From the IMG/VR virus record IMGVR_UViG_3300005841_000939: a stretch of DNA of 64,000 bases; one strand, 5' to 3'. A program made the translations under genes and the position numbers. Below, in pieces: positions 1-10,584 of the stretch (within the stretch, counting starts at the first letter, position 1; each line of letters begins with the position of its first letter). The DNA comes from a virus (taxonomy: Duplodnaviria > Caudoviricetes). The notes under the pieces were generated by a model. That model did not search any database. It saw only the letters and a program-made list of their open reading frames with translations, and was not told the origin of the DNA.

Positions 1-678
1 TCTCAAATTACTTCTGTTACTGGATCTTTTGCAACTCAAGCTCAAGTTACTGCAATAAATTTAGTTGATGCTGGTCAACAAACTGCATTGTCACAATTGA
101 CATCTGTAACAGGTTCATTTGCTACAACTGCTGCTGTTCGTTCATTGACTGGTGGATTACAAACTTCAATCACTGCATTGCAAGTTTCTGATACTGCACA
201 GCAATCAGTATTGTCACAATTGACTTCTGTTACTGGAACTGCAACAAATATCAGAGGTAGAACTGACGGTTTAGCACCAGCATCCGGTTTCATTGGTGAA
301 TATTTAATATCAACATCAAATGGAATTTCAGCAACCATATCTAATGGTTCAATTCCAGTTGGTACTCTTGATTTAACTCCTGGTCTTTGGAGATTGTCTG
401 GTGTTGCACAAGCAGACGCTAATGGTGGTGTAACTGGCACAAGTATTATCAATAGTTGGATCTCTACAATAACTGGTAATTCAGGTGGTTTAACACAAGG
501 ATATGAATTTATTTCAGTTCCTGTTGTTACAACATCATCAACATTAGGATATGCATCAATTCCATCAGTTGTTGTAAATATTTCAGCCAATGCTCGTTAC
601 TATATGGTTGCATCAATTAACTATTCTGGCGGTAAACCAAAATGGTTTGGTAACTTATCAGCCACCAGAATCGGCTAA
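1..678 (+). CDS. tail fibre/structural protein, C-terminal part (5' truncated by window)
   Basis: Frame open from base 1; SQ(I/L)TSVTG repeats x3; S/T-rich stalk and beta-rich C-terminal domain. Confidence 0.65.
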   Translation, partial: SQITSVTGSFATQAQVTAINLVDAGQQTALSQLTSVTGSFATTAAVRSLTGGLQTSITALQVSDTAQQSVLSQLTSVTGTATNIRGRTDGLAPASGFIGEYLISTSNGISATISNGSIPVGTLDLTPGLWRLSGVAQADANGGVTGTSIINSWISTITGNSGGLTQGYEFISVPVVTTSSTLGYASIPSVVVNISANARYYMVASINYSGGKPKWFGNLSATRIG

Positions 679-728
679 AAATAAATAATAAAAACAATAA
701 ATAGAAGATAGAAAATAAGGAAACATAT

Positions 729-3632
729 ATGCCCGGCTTTAGAGATTTTGGTATAGTTTTTGAACAACGCTCAACTGATCCGGCAAATCCGCCATCAGAT
801 AAAGCGATCATTTATGTTTTAAATGACAATACAATGAATGCTATGTTTCCAGATGGATCAAAAGTCCGTTTAGATACAGCAGCAGTAGAGGCAACTCTTA
901 ATTCAATTACTGGAAATTTTGCAACTCATTCCGAAGTTTCAAATGTTTCTGGCGCATTGCTTGTAGATATTGCTGCACTTACTTCAACATTAGGATCTTT
1001 GACAGGTTCTTTACAAGGTCAAATTACTGATCTTGGTGTTGTAAACGGTCTTCAATCGGTAGCTATTGCTTCCTTATCTGGCGCAGTTACTGACCTTGGA
1101 ATTGTTAATAGTCTACAATCATCTGCAATTCAATCATTGTCTGCTGCTGTTTCATCTATTATTGTTCCGGCAGTAACTGGTTACGCAACTGTTGGTTTAG
1201 TTGCTTCTGTTTCTGGTAATCTCCAAAGTGAAATTGATAATCTTTCATCAACAGTAACAAATGTTTCAGCCGGACTTCAAAGTCAAATTCTTACTCTTCA
1301 ATCAGAGATTGATGGTACTAATGCTGATGTAGCCACAAATTATTCAACATTGGTTTCTGTATCAGGAACTCTTCAATCAGAAATTGATGCTCTTGGTTCC
1401 GTTGTTAGTGGTGTATCAGGTTCAGTCCTTTCATCAGTAAGTAGTATTTCAGGAACTCTTCAAACTTCAATTGATGGTGTTTATGCATCATTGGTTTCTG
1501 TTTCTGGATCATTGGATTCACGTTTAACAGATGTTGAAATTGTTAATGGACTTCAATCAAGTGATATTCAAGCATTGTCTGCTGCTGTCGCTTCAATCAT
1601 GGTACCATCTGTAACTGGTTATGCTACCGTTGGTTTGGTTGCTTCTGTTTCTGGTAATCTCCAAAGTGAAATTGATTCTGTATATTCAGACTTAGTTTCC
1701 GTTTCTGGATCAATAGAAGGTGAAATTTCTTCAATCAATAGCAGTATAACTTTCTTGATGGATAATCTTGATGATGTCATTACTGTTAATGGCTTGCAAT
1801 CAACTGCAATTCAAGATTTGTCTGCTGCACAAGAAAACTTTGCGTTACAATCAGACTTGGTTTCAGTTTCTGGAACTTTGTCAGGTGAAATTTCTTCTCT
1901 CAATAGTTATGCAAATGCTATTGAAGCAGAAGTAATTGATCTTCGCGCAATTAGTGATTTGCATTCAACTGCAATTGCTGATTTGTCAGCATCTTTGGCT
2001 GATACAAATCTCAGTTTGAATTCGGATGTTGCTGCATTAAGTGCTCATGTAACAGACATTGAAGTTGTTAATGCATTACAATCTGGTGATATTCAAGCGT
2101 TGTCTGCTGCTCTTGCAAGTTTTGGTGGCGATCTTTCTAATTATGCATTGAAGACCGAAGTTTGGGATGCTTCTGCTGCATTAGATAGTAAGAAGTTTGA
2201 TAAGACTGGCGGCCAAATTGCTGGTGATGTAATTATCTCTGGTAACTTGAGTGTTTCTGGTGGTTATTTCGTTACTTACACTGAACATGTTTCAGCAAAA
2301 GATAATCTCATAACAATCAATGCTGGTGAACAAGGTGCAGGCGTAACTGCAGGTGTTGCTGGTATTGAAGTTGATCGTGGAACATTACCAAAATATGATT
2401 TCTTCTTCGTTGAAGCATCACAATCATTCCGTGTTGGTGAAGAAGGCAATACACAAGCTGTTGCAACTCGCGAAGACACACCAAATGATCAAGTTATTCC
2501 TTTCTGGAATGCTGCTCAATCACGTTTTGATACAACTGAAACATATTTGACTCCATCATTTGTTCGTTCATTGACTGGTCAAGTTGATGGTTCATTACGC
2601 ACAGAAGTTGCTGGTATTACTTCACAATTGGTTGCAATCACTGCATCACATCAATTGCAAATCAATACATTGGCTGCAAGTTCAACCAATCACGAATTCC
2701 GTATTCAACATTTGGAAGCAGAAGTTGCAACAATTTCTGCAAGTCTTGGTGCTGTTTATAAGGGTCTTGAACCAGGTGTTATTGGTCAAAATGTTTACAC
2801 TATCTCTCACGCTGCTGTAAATACTGTAACTGATTTCCCATTGGTTTCTTTGATCACTCCAGCCGCATCATCAACATTGTACGTTCAATCTATCACAAAT
2901 AGAACTTCAACAAGTTTTGATACTGTCCTTTCTGGATTGCCAGATGAGAATGGTTATGCAATTTCATGGCAAATCTCAACAACAAGTGCAAGTATTGTTG
3001 TTCCAAGCGGTAGTGGTAGTGGAAATTATGTTTCTAAGACTGGCAATGAATCAGTTGCTGGTATCAAGATTTTCACCAACAGTATGAATATTTCTGGCGA
3101 TTTAGATATTGCTGGTAAATTGACTGTTGCTGGTTTGATTGATCCAACTGGATTGCAACTTGTTCCACAAGCTTCAAACCCAGGCACTGATCCAACAAAC
3201 ACATTGTGGTTAAATGCATCAGACAGTAACAAACTTTATGTTGGTTCAGATGCAGTTGGTACCGGTGGTTCAACACCAAATCTAAGCGGTGTTGGTTATT
3301 GGGCAGTTGCAACTATTGCTGTTACAAGTCAAGATGCGTTGAATCCAACAATCGTAACAATTGATGCTTCAATAAATACATCACAAGACATTTCATTGCA
3401 AGGCTTTGGTCACATCAATACTCCAAATAATATGCAAAATGGTCAATCAGTAAACATTTTGATGACTCAAGATGCTGAACCTTATGATTGGGATATTGAT
3501 TACTCAACAGACATTGAATTCCCATACGGAGTTCCAGTTGTTCCAACATCAGGTGCAGAAGCAACCACAGTTGTTACTCTCTTGAAGATGCGCAATCGTT
3601 ACTTTGCAACTGGATTGTTTGAGTTCTTATAA
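729..3632 (+). CDS. large tail fibre/virion structural protein with coiled-coil repeats
   Basis: 967 aa; heptad-like S/V/L/G repeats; DNLITINAG..AGIEVDRG segment typical of large-phage fibre proteins. Confidence 0.65.
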   Translation: MPGFRDFGIVFEQRSTDPANPPSDKAIIYVLNDNTMNAMFPDGSKVRLDTAAVEATLNSITGNFATHSEVSNVSGALLVDIAALTSTLGSLTGSLQGQITDLGVVNGLQSVAIASLSGAVTDLGIVNSLQSSAIQSLSAAVSSIIVPAVTGYATVGLVASVSGNLQSEIDNLSSTVTNVSAGLQSQILTLQSEIDGTNADVATNYSTLVSVSGTLQSEIDALGSVVSGVSGSVLSSVSSISGTLQTSIDGVYASLVSVSGSLDSRLTDVEIVNGLQSSDIQALSAAVASIMVPSVTGYATVGLVASVSGNLQSEIDSVYSDLVSVSGSIEGEISSINSSITFLMDNLDDVITVNGLQSTAIQDLSAAQENFALQSDLVSVSGTLSGEISSLNSYANAIEAEVIDLRAISDLHSTAIADLSASLADTNLSLNSDVAALSAHVTDIEVVNALQSGDIQALSAALASFGGDLSNYALKTEVWDASAALDSKKFDKTGGQIAGDVIISGNLSVSGGYFVTYTEHVSAKDNLITINAGEQGAGVTAGVAGIEVDRGTLPKYDFFFVEASQSFRVGEEGNTQAVATREDTPNDQVIPFWNAAQSRFDTTETYLTPSFVRSLTGQVDGSLRTEVAGITSQLVAITASHQLQINTLAASSTNHEFRIQHLEAEVATISASLGAVYKGLEPGVIGQNVYTISHAAVNTVTDFPLVSLITPAASSTLYVQSITNRTSTSFDTVLSGLPDENGYAISWQISTTSASIVVPSGSGSGNYVSKTGNESVAGIKIFTNSMNISGDLDIAGKLTVAGLIDPTGLQLVPQASNPGTDPTNTLWLNASDSNKLYVGSDAVGTGGSTPNLSGVGYWAVATIAVTSQDALNPTIVTIDASINTSQDISLQGFGHINTPNNMQNGQSVNILMTQDAEPYDWDIDYSTDIEFPYGVPVVPTSGAEATTVVTLLKMRNRYFATGLFEFL

Positions 3633-3656
3633 ACTTGAAAGCGAAGTGAAATAACC

Positions 3657-5315
3657 ATGGCAGATATTCTACCTACAGCATTTTGGAAAACTGAAACTGA
3701 ACTTGGTTCATTTTTGATTCACAATTTGGCTGATATTCAATTGTACACAAATTTGCAACCGGGAAAACGCGCTCTCATTTTATGGGGTGATGGATCACGT
3801 ACCCGCATCACATCAACCGGTGAATTTATTGGTGCATCAACTGCACACGTTTATGATTCAAGTGATACCAGTCATTTTAATGATATTAAATATACTCCGC
3901 AAAATAAAATTAGTAATCTTACTGTTCTTACACAAAATATTTCTGGTTTAAATTCAGAGTTCATCGGTACATTGACACTTGATAAAGCTAAAAATTTACA
4001 AGTAATTCAATTAAATGATATTCCATTAAACGATATTTCATTTGATAATGTAATTAATTTGATACAAATGTATTTGGCTTATGGTTCAGTAGATCCACAA
4101 GTTCATAGATTAGAAAATATTGATTTAAATAGTGCATTATCTTTACAAGTTCTCGTATTAACAAATACAAAAGTTGAAACTATTGATATTGTAAATAATA
4201 ATAAATTAGCTTATTTGGATTGCTATAGTAATGATATTAGTTCATTTACAACAAACGTAACAGGTAATGATACATTGTATTGGCTTGGTGTAAGTAGTGC
4301 ATCAACAGCGTTATCTATTGATTTTACTAAGTTACATACATTAGCTAATTTAGAAATAACAAAACCTTTTAATTACACTGGTGTTGATTTTTCAAATTGC
4401 AATTATTTGACTGCAATTATGTTGAATGATCAAGTTGATATGCCATTATCTGCAATGATTACAACATTGGATCCAAATACTGGATATGGAGCATCACAAG
4501 CAAAATATTCAATTCAATTATTGAATTCAGTAATAAGTGATCCAATTATAGATTTGATGCCAATTTATGGAAATGTTAAAGCTTTAGATTTAACAAACAC
4601 AACATATACAGATTTTAAATATTATGAAAATGGAAATTGTGCTCTTTCTGGAACACAAATTTTCATAGTCAACAACTCTGCTATGACTTCAACTGATCTT
4701 GCGAAATTCATTGTTACATTATCATCAGATGGTGGTGACAACGGTATTTTGCGTATGGGTTCACAAGTATTTGATGCAACTGTTGAACATCCTAATGGTA
4801 CATCAGGTGTGGTTGATGTTAATGATGCGTTGAATAATTTGATGGTAAACAAATTCTGGCACATTGATTCAACCAATGTTACTCCATTAAATACGTTTGA
4901 AAGTCTTTCTGCACAATATAATGGCGGCCCATTAGCATATAATCCTGATACACAGCAATTGCAAAACTTTCCAAGTGGATCATGGGTTAGACAAAAAGAA
5001 ACATTATATGTTTGGGATATTCATACATCAGGTACTATTGGATCTTTCCAATCATCCACTCTTGAAGTTTTAGGATATGCTGCTTGGTATCCATCACCAG
5101 GTGGAGGTCAAGCTGGTATCGGAATTAGATTTATTAACGATTATATAAATCCTCTTAATCAAACAACTTGGGATCTTTACCAAAACTTCTCAATTATTCA
5201 ATCAGGTTCATTTGCAAATAACGAATTCCCAACAGTTCCCTATGATCCTGCACAACAATTTGCAGATAATCAAGGCAATTATGTTGCTTTGTATGTTGGT
5301 GGTCCGGTAATTTAA
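3657..5315 (+). CDS. leucine-rich-repeat-like protein, probably virion/receptor associated
   Basis: 552 aa; LxxLxLxN repeats (LQVLVLTNTKV, LAYLDCYSNDI, LANLEIT). Confidence 0.55.
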   Translation: MADILPTAFWKTETELGSFLIHNLADIQLYTNLQPGKRALILWGDGSRTRITSTGEFIGASTAHVYDSSDTSHFNDIKYTPQNKISNLTVLTQNISGLNSEFIGTLTLDKAKNLQVIQLNDIPLNDISFDNVINLIQMYLAYGSVDPQVHRLENIDLNSALSLQVLVLTNTKVETIDIVNNNKLAYLDCYSNDISSFTTNVTGNDTLYWLGVSSASTALSIDFTKLHTLANLEITKPFNYTGVDFSNCNYLTAIMLNDQVDMPLSAMITTLDPNTGYGASQAKYSIQLLNSVISDPIIDLMPIYGNVKALDLTNTTYTDFKYYENGNCALSGTQIFIVNNSAMTSTDLAKFIVTLSSDGGDNGILRMGSQVFDATVEHPNGTSGVVDVNDALNNLMVNKFWHIDSTNVTPLNTFESLSAQYNGGPLAYNPDTQQLQNFPSGSWVRQKETLYVWDIHTSGTIGSFQSSTLEVLGYAAWYPSPGGGQAGIGIRFINDYINPLNQTTWDLYQNFSIIQSGSFANNEFPTVPYDPAQQFADNQGNYVALYVGGPVI

Positions 5316-5896
5316 GCTAACGGAACAGCGATTTGACGAATTTTGTATTTACTTTGTGGATACATTTTCTTCAAATCGCTAAGTGTTGATCTTGCTGTCT
5401 TTCGTTTTGTTTCAGTAGCAATTATTGTTGTATCACTAACGACAAGCCAAGCGTTCTTATAACCTAAAGTTTTAGCTTTTTTAACACGAACCGCAGATTT
5501 GGTAACAATTTTATTCCAAGCTTTTTCTAAATCTTTTTTCTTCTTCAATTCAGTGTTTGCAAAAATCTTACCTTTTTGTGTTTTCTTCTTGGTATTTGAT
5601 GCAATATCACTCCAAGCATCATTGATTTCTTTTTTATTTAAATCTTTTTCGGTTTTTATTTCTGCAACGATTTGATACTTTGGATTATCAAAACGTGTCT
5701 TACCATTTTCTTTCCAATAAATAACACGGTCATCAATAGTACCTTGTATATAGAAATCACCTTCAGTATCTTGTAGTAATGGGCCAACCTTTTTACCTGC
5801 TCTAGTGAGATAACTTTTACCGATTTCAAGCTTAATTATTCTCTCGTATAGAACATCACTTTGAATAAAGGTTTTGACTAATTCATCTTTTTCCAT
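5312..5896 (-). CDS. hypothetical basic protein
   Basis: 194-aa ORF; TTGACA-N16-TAAAAT upstream on - strand. Confidence 0.7.
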   Translation of the reverse strand: MEKDELVKTFIQSDVLYERIIKLEIGKSYLTRAGKKVGPLLQDTEGDFYIQGTIDDRVIYWKENGKTRFDNPKYQIVAEIKTEKDLNKKEINDAWSDIASNTKKKTQKGKIFANTELKKKKDLEKAWNKIVTKSAVRVKKAKTLGYKNAWLVVSDTTIIATETKRKTARSTLSDLKKMYPQSKYKIRQIAVPLA

Positions 5897-5967
5897 TGTG
5901 AAATTTTATCTGCAATTGCATTCGTGTCAAACTCATCCTTTGCAATATAAGGTTGATAACTAAGTCC

Positions 5968-5994
5968 TTGACACATAAAATGATGATATACAGT
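5968..5994 (+). promoter_or_regulatory. class I promoter, leaderless
   Basis: TTGACA-N15-TACAGT; ATG 6 nt downstream. Confidence 0.7.
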
Positions 5995-6000
5995 TAAGGA

Positions 6001-6453
6001 ATGCGTAGTGTAGCTCAATACCTATGTCTCAGTATTCCCACTGTGTTTAAGCTCCTAGATGAAGGTAAAAAAGATATAACGTATCCAGGATTACCAGGTC
6101 CATGTAATCTTGAGTCCATGCGTCTCAGCACTTTCCGTCATAATGGCATTATCTGCCGAGGTTGCGGATTGATGGGGAACCACTTCTCCATGTGCATGCA
6201 TAATGGATCAAAATTACAGTTGCTACATCTTAATCTATTTGCTATAAATGACCGTGGGCATGAAATTCTCATGACCAAGGATCACATTTTAGCCAGATCC
6301 AAGGGTGGACCTGACATCCTGGAAAATCTTCAAACGATGTGTGCCAATTGCAATATGAAAAAGAAGGATACTATTCCAGAGGATCTTCCTGATATCCTCA
6401 AGCAATATATTGGAAAAGATCCTGGTCCTCGCGTTCGTCGGGAATGGTTCTAA
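6001..6453 (+). CDS. HNH endonuclease
   Basis: CxxC..TKDHILARSKGG..NLQTMCANCN. Confidence 0.85.
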   Translation: MRSVAQYLCLSIPTVFKLLDEGKKDITYPGLPGPCNLESMRLSTFRHNGIICRGCGLMGNHFSMCMHNGSKLQLLHLNLFAINDRGHEILMTKDHILARSKGGPDILENLQTMCANCNMKKKDTIPEDLPDILKQYIGKDPGPRVRREWF

Positions 6454-7430
6454 TGGTTAGCTATAATCGTGAACAATTTTTAAGTATAAAAATAAAAGAA
6501 GCTTTCAGACTTCTTGATTGTGGTATTTTTTCTATAACCTATCCTGGAATGATCAAGACTGTAATCATAACGTCTCAGGTCAAAGCATTAAGAAAACATG
6601 GCACTGTTTGTTCTAAGTGCGGTATTAGGGGAACACATTTTATCGCATCAAAATTTGAAAATAAGGAAGATGCTTTCCTTTATTTGGAACTAGTTACATC
6701 AGATAGAAAGGTAAAAATTCACTCATATTCAAATAAAGGACATGTCAACGGTATAGAAATTCTTTGTAACAAATGTAAAAAGGCAAAGAACAAACCAGAT
6801 ATTATTGCCATTGATAATAAAAAAATTCGTGGAAAAGAATTGGATATTGAGCACATAACAGAATGTATTCGGTACAAAGTACCTTTCATATATTATGATG
6901 ATGTACTTGGTGCTGGAGCTAAAATAAATATTTTTGGTAGTGATCGTCTTTCAACTTTCTTAAAAGATGATTTTAGATGCGTTGAATGCGGATTAAAAGC
7001 AACAAAATGTTTTGCAGAGACATATTCTGATGCTCCACATACATATCATGTAAATTTTTATGGATACGATGGGGTTGATCAAGAATTCCTATTTACTAAA
7101 GATCATATTTTGCCAAAGACATACGGTGGTCCTGATAGAACATTCAATTTTGTTACAATGTGCGAAAAATGCAATGCTACCAAATCAAACAAAATTCCTG
7201 AAAATTTGCCAAAATCTCTGTTCAATCATTTAAACGTAAGTAAAAATTTTCCAATAAACAGCAACAACAGAGTTAAAACTAATCATGACTATGCTATAAA
7301 ATTAAAAACCTTTGTTGATACACAATGTGTTGGCAAAGAATACGATTCATGTATCAATTCACCATGTCCATATTCAAGTGGACAAGGCTGCACCCACCCT
7401 TCTCATCCAAAGAATATTCCTAAGGAATAA
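6453..7430 (+). CDS. HNH endonuclease with degenerate N-terminal duplicate domain
   Basis: TKDHILPKTYGG..NFVTMCEKCN; N-half keeps CxxC pairs only; TAATG overlap with upstream gene. Confidence 0.8.
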   Translation: MVSYNREQFLSIKIKEAFRLLDCGIFSITYPGMIKTVIITSQVKALRKHGTVCSKCGIRGTHFIASKFENKEDAFLYLELVTSDRKVKIHSYSNKGHVNGIEILCNKCKKAKNKPDIIAIDNKKIRGKELDIEHITECIRYKVPFIYYDDVLGAGAKINIFGSDRLSTFLKDDFRCVECGLKATKCFAETYSDAPHTYHVNFYGYDGVDQEFLFTKDHILPKTYGGPDRTFNFVTMCEKCNATKSNKIPENLPKSLFNHLNVSKNFPINSNNRVKTNHDYAIKLKTFVDTQCVGKEYDSCINSPCPYSSGQGCTHPSHPKNIPKE

Positions 7431-7434
7431 TCCC

Positions 7435-8370
7435 ATGCCGGCTTCCACCACTCAAAAGAATGCCAAGAAAAACATTGAATTCGTAACGAATTATATTGGA
7501 CATAGCAAATATATTCCCTTGGGATCAACTATTCGTGAACTTTGTAAAAAATATGAAGTTCCAAATTATGATGATGCAGGTTCTCATATCGTCAGTGATA
7601 TGACGCAATATATTTCTAATGCATTTTTGAATAAGAGGGGCCCATTTTTCACTCGTCTAGTCAAATTGGGTCATAGTCGGGCACCATTCGCATATCCTAA
7701 AGAGGATCATGATAAGAATATCCGGTTTATTGATGATATTGTCAAAAATTGGCCAAAAAAGAAACCGCTTTCAACGTACGTGGATCTTTTCAAACCAAAA
7801 TTAAACGAAGAAAAGAAAGATGATCCGGTCGTAATTACGTCAAAACTAATTGGACCAATTGGTGATTTCGGCTTTAAAATAAAAGATTTCCAGGATAAGT
7901 TCAATCAAATTAAACCTGATGATAGAATTACAATATCTACCATTGCGAATAACTTCAAGGTTGATCGTGAATGGATAGAAGCGACAATGAAATCAAAAAG
8001 TTTTGAACCACGCGATGTGCCTGATGAAAATATGAACCGAGTTGCTGGATTATTTGGTGAACAAGCTCGGATTGTTTTACAAGATCATCCGGCGATCAAA
8101 AATTACCACAAGCATCTTGAAATGACACAAAATTGGTGCGATAAGTACGAAAAAATTAAGACAGCCACGACATTATCAAAGAGAGATTTGGTTATTGATC
8201 TTATTGTATCATCTCCTGGCGCACAGAAGATATTCAATCGTGAAACTATGAAACGATCAAACGTAGAATCCCTAATTACTATACTTGAACATCTTCATAT
8301 TACAGTTGTATATCATACTCTGCACACTTCCGGTGTGTTAGAACTCATGCAAACCGTTGAGGTGGAATAA
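7435..8370 (+). CDS. hypothetical protein
   Basis: Long ORF; start moved to ATG after TAAGGA. Confidence 0.75.
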   Translation: MPASTTQKNAKKNIEFVTNYIGHSKYIPLGSTIRELCKKYEVPNYDDAGSHIVSDMTQYISNAFLNKRGPFFTRLVKLGHSRAPFAYPKEDHDKNIRFIDDIVKNWPKKKPLSTYVDLFKPKLNEEKKDDPVVITSKLIGPIGDFGFKIKDFQDKFNQIKPDDRITISTIANNFKVDREWIEATMKSKSFEPRDVPDENMNRVAGLFGEQARIVLQDHPAIKNYHKHLEMTQNWCDKYEKIKTATTLSKRDLVIDLIVSSPGAQKIFNRETMKRSNVESLITILEHLHITVVYHTLHTSGVLELMQTVEVE

Positions 8371-8373
8371 ATC

Positions 8374-8973
8374 ATGGAACCCATAGACCTGCACACTTGG
8401 TTTTTGACGGCGGATGCCAATACCAAGGATACGATGTATTATAAAAAAGCATTTCAAAATCAATGCATGTTCTTTCGTGATACGTTGGCACCCGTCATTT
8501 CAGTAGGGATGCAGAAGACCGAACAGAATCCATATCCAAAAATTAAGCCGATGGTTATTTCAACTCATCGGTCAAAATCAATTGAGCTTCCTGTCGTTCA
8601 AATGTCCAGACCTGATATTGGTTTATCATTTATCATACGTGATAATTTTCATGATTGGAAATTGTCAGTCGTGAGTGATAAACCGATTGACGTGGATTTA
8701 AGTGGTATCGCTTACCTGAATCCACCAATTGATCCTCAGTCTACCAACTATCTTTCGCCACATTATTTTGAAGGATTTCCTGAACATTTAATTTTCGGTC
8801 ACTATGGCGCCAGCGATAAAAAGAAATTCTCCTTGGATTTGGGTGAAGAAAATTTAGTATATATGACGGTGTTCTTGATCATGCGTTCGGTTGGGGCTAT
8901 AAAGCCTCTAGTTCAAAGAGTAAGCAAAGAATTCGCAGCAGCACACCCTGAAATAAAAGCAGAAACATGGTAA
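8374..8973 (+). CDS. hypothetical phage protein
   Basis: 199-aa ORF in operon. Confidence 0.75.
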   Translation: MEPIDLHTWFLTADANTKDTMYYKKAFQNQCMFFRDTLAPVISVGMQKTEQNPYPKIKPMVISTHRSKSIELPVVQMSRPDIGLSFIIRDNFHDWKLSVVSDKPIDVDLSGIAYLNPPIDPQSTNYLSPHYFEGFPEHLIFGHYGASDKKKFSLDLGEENLVYMTVFLIMRSVGAIKPLVQRVSKEFAAAHPEIKAETW

Positions 8974-8976
8974 TTT

Positions 8977-9462
8977 ATGAATTTAGTTTTCCCAGGTTCA
9001 TTTGATCCGTTCCATAATGGGCACCTTGATGTTGTCAAGCGTGCTCATTCTATTCTCGCATCAATCAACATTGATAGAAAAATAATAATTGGATTGGCAT
9101 ATAATCCACAAAAGCATTCAGAATTAACATTTGAAACAAGAATCAAAGCAATAAATGCAACCTTTGCTGAATTGGGTATTGGTGAAGATGAAGTAGAAGT
9201 TGAAACATATACGACTTCAACTGTTGATTTTTGTAAAAAGAAATCAGCAATGCTTATTCGTGGTCTTCGCAACTCTGCGGACTTTGAATATGAAAAACCA
9301 ATGGCAGAAGTGAATAAAAGATTTGGTGTAGAAACATTATTCATTATGACAGGGAGTGAATATTCACACGTCAGTTCCAGTTTAATTCGTAACATGCGTG
9401 CTGCAAAACTTGATGTAAGTGAATATTTACCAAAACCAATTTTAAATTTATTACAAGGATAA
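8977..9462 (+). CDS. coaD: phosphopantetheine adenylyltransferase
   Basis: FPGSFDPFHNGHLDV, LIRGLRNSADFEYE, VSSSLIR. Confidence 0.92.
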   Translation: MNLVFPGSFDPFHNGHLDVVKRAHSILASINIDRKIIIGLAYNPQKHSELTFETRIKAINATFAELGIGEDEVEVETYTTSTVDFCKKKSAMLIRGLRNSADFEYEKPMAEVNKRFGVETLFIMTGSEYSHVSSSLIRNMRAAKLDVSEYLPKPILNLLQG

Positions 9463-9464
9463 TT

Positions 9465-9650
9465 TTGAAAAGTACATATTATATAATTTTAGGTAGATTT
9501 GGACATAAATGTGTTTCCCGAAGAGTTGATAAAAATTCATCACAAAGAATTTATGGAGAAAAACCTTGGGGTGGCGGTCAACCAATATCAACGTTTAGAT
9601 CAAGATCAGATACAGCCGCTATAAAACAATTTAAAGAAAATGTGAAATAA
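9465..9650 (+). CDS. small hypothetical protein
   Basis: Tightly packed ORF. Confidence 0.5.
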   Translation: MKSTYYIILGRFGHKCVSRRVDKNSSQRIYGEKPWGGGQPISTFRSRSDTAAIKQFKENVK

Positions 9651-9651
9651 T

Positions 9652-9939
9652 ATGGAAAATTTTATTGGTACTGTATTTTTGCTTATATGCCAAAGTTATT
9701 TCATTTTCTCATGTTTTACTAAATTGGAAAATTTAGAAATATTGCCAAAATGGCAGATTGAAATGCATCATTTAGTTTTGATATTTTCAATAATGATTGC
9801 ATTAAATATTGATTCAAATAATCCTTTTGTATTGAATGTATACATAGCATTCATTATGGAAATTGTTGGATGTTTTGGTGAATATCTAAAAACGAGATTT
9901 GTTAATAGATCAATCGCTTATCAAATTATAAAAGTGTAA
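9652..9939 (+). CDS. small membrane protein
   Basis: Three hydrophobic segments. Confidence 0.6.
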   Translation: MENFIGTVFLLICQSYFIFSCFTKLENLEILPKWQIEMHHLVLIFSIMIALNIDSNNPFVLNVYIAFIMEIVGCFGEYLKTRFVNRSIAYQIIKV

Positions 9940-9940
9940 T

Positions 9941-10351
9941 ATGACACCCGAAGAATTGGAAATTGAATCAAAACATTTAATGGCAGTCATCCCTGGAGTA
10001 GTTTTAGGGGATTTATTAAACCATATTAAAGAATTGAAAAGTGATTTGTCAAAGGCACAAGCAGAAGGCTGGGTTCATCCTGAGGAAGTAAAAATGTCAT
10101 TAGAACGAACAAAAAATAAAAGTGATAAATCAATTGAACTTTTAAAGAAATTATTTGAAATTCAAAGTGAAATAGTTCTTAATACTGGTTCTGAACAAAT
10201 AAGAAAACAATTCCAAATAAATTTACTGAGTCATCAAATTGCATCTTTTCTTTTTGAAAACGGTATAATTTCACCTAAAGATTATCAAGACTATACGAAG
10301 CAGTTTAATAGTTTAGATAGAGGTCTTGGATATCCTGATGGTGATTCATGA
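9941..10351 (+). CDS. hypothetical protein
   Basis: Packed ORF. Confidence 0.65.
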   Translation: MTPEELEIESKHLMAVIPGVVLGDLLNHIKELKSDLSKAQAEGWVHPEEVKMSLERTKNKSDKSIELLKKLFEIQSEIVLNTGSEQIRKQFQINLLSHQIASFLFENGIISPKDYQDYTKQFNSLDRGLGYPDGDS

Positions 10352-10545
10352 GAATTATTGATAAACTTCGTAAAAATTATCCTTCCAATTGGTCATTTAA
10401 TAGGATACAAAATTGTTGGGAAAGTTCTTTAGGAACTGTTAGAAGAACTGCAATTTTGGAAGATGAAGAATTTTCAAGTAGATTTCCTAGATACCATTTG
10501 TATCCATCCAATAAACAAGAACCTGCTTATATAGTTTTTGTTTAA
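10348..10545 (+). CDS. hypothetical protein
   Basis: ATGA overlap with upstream gene. Confidence 0.6.
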   Translation: MRIIDKLRKNYPSNWSFNRIQNCWESSLGTVRRTAILEDEEFSSRFPRYHLYPSNKQEPAYIVFV

Positions 10546-10584
10546 CCCTTGACTTGAAGGCTATAAGTGTAGACTACTGGCATC

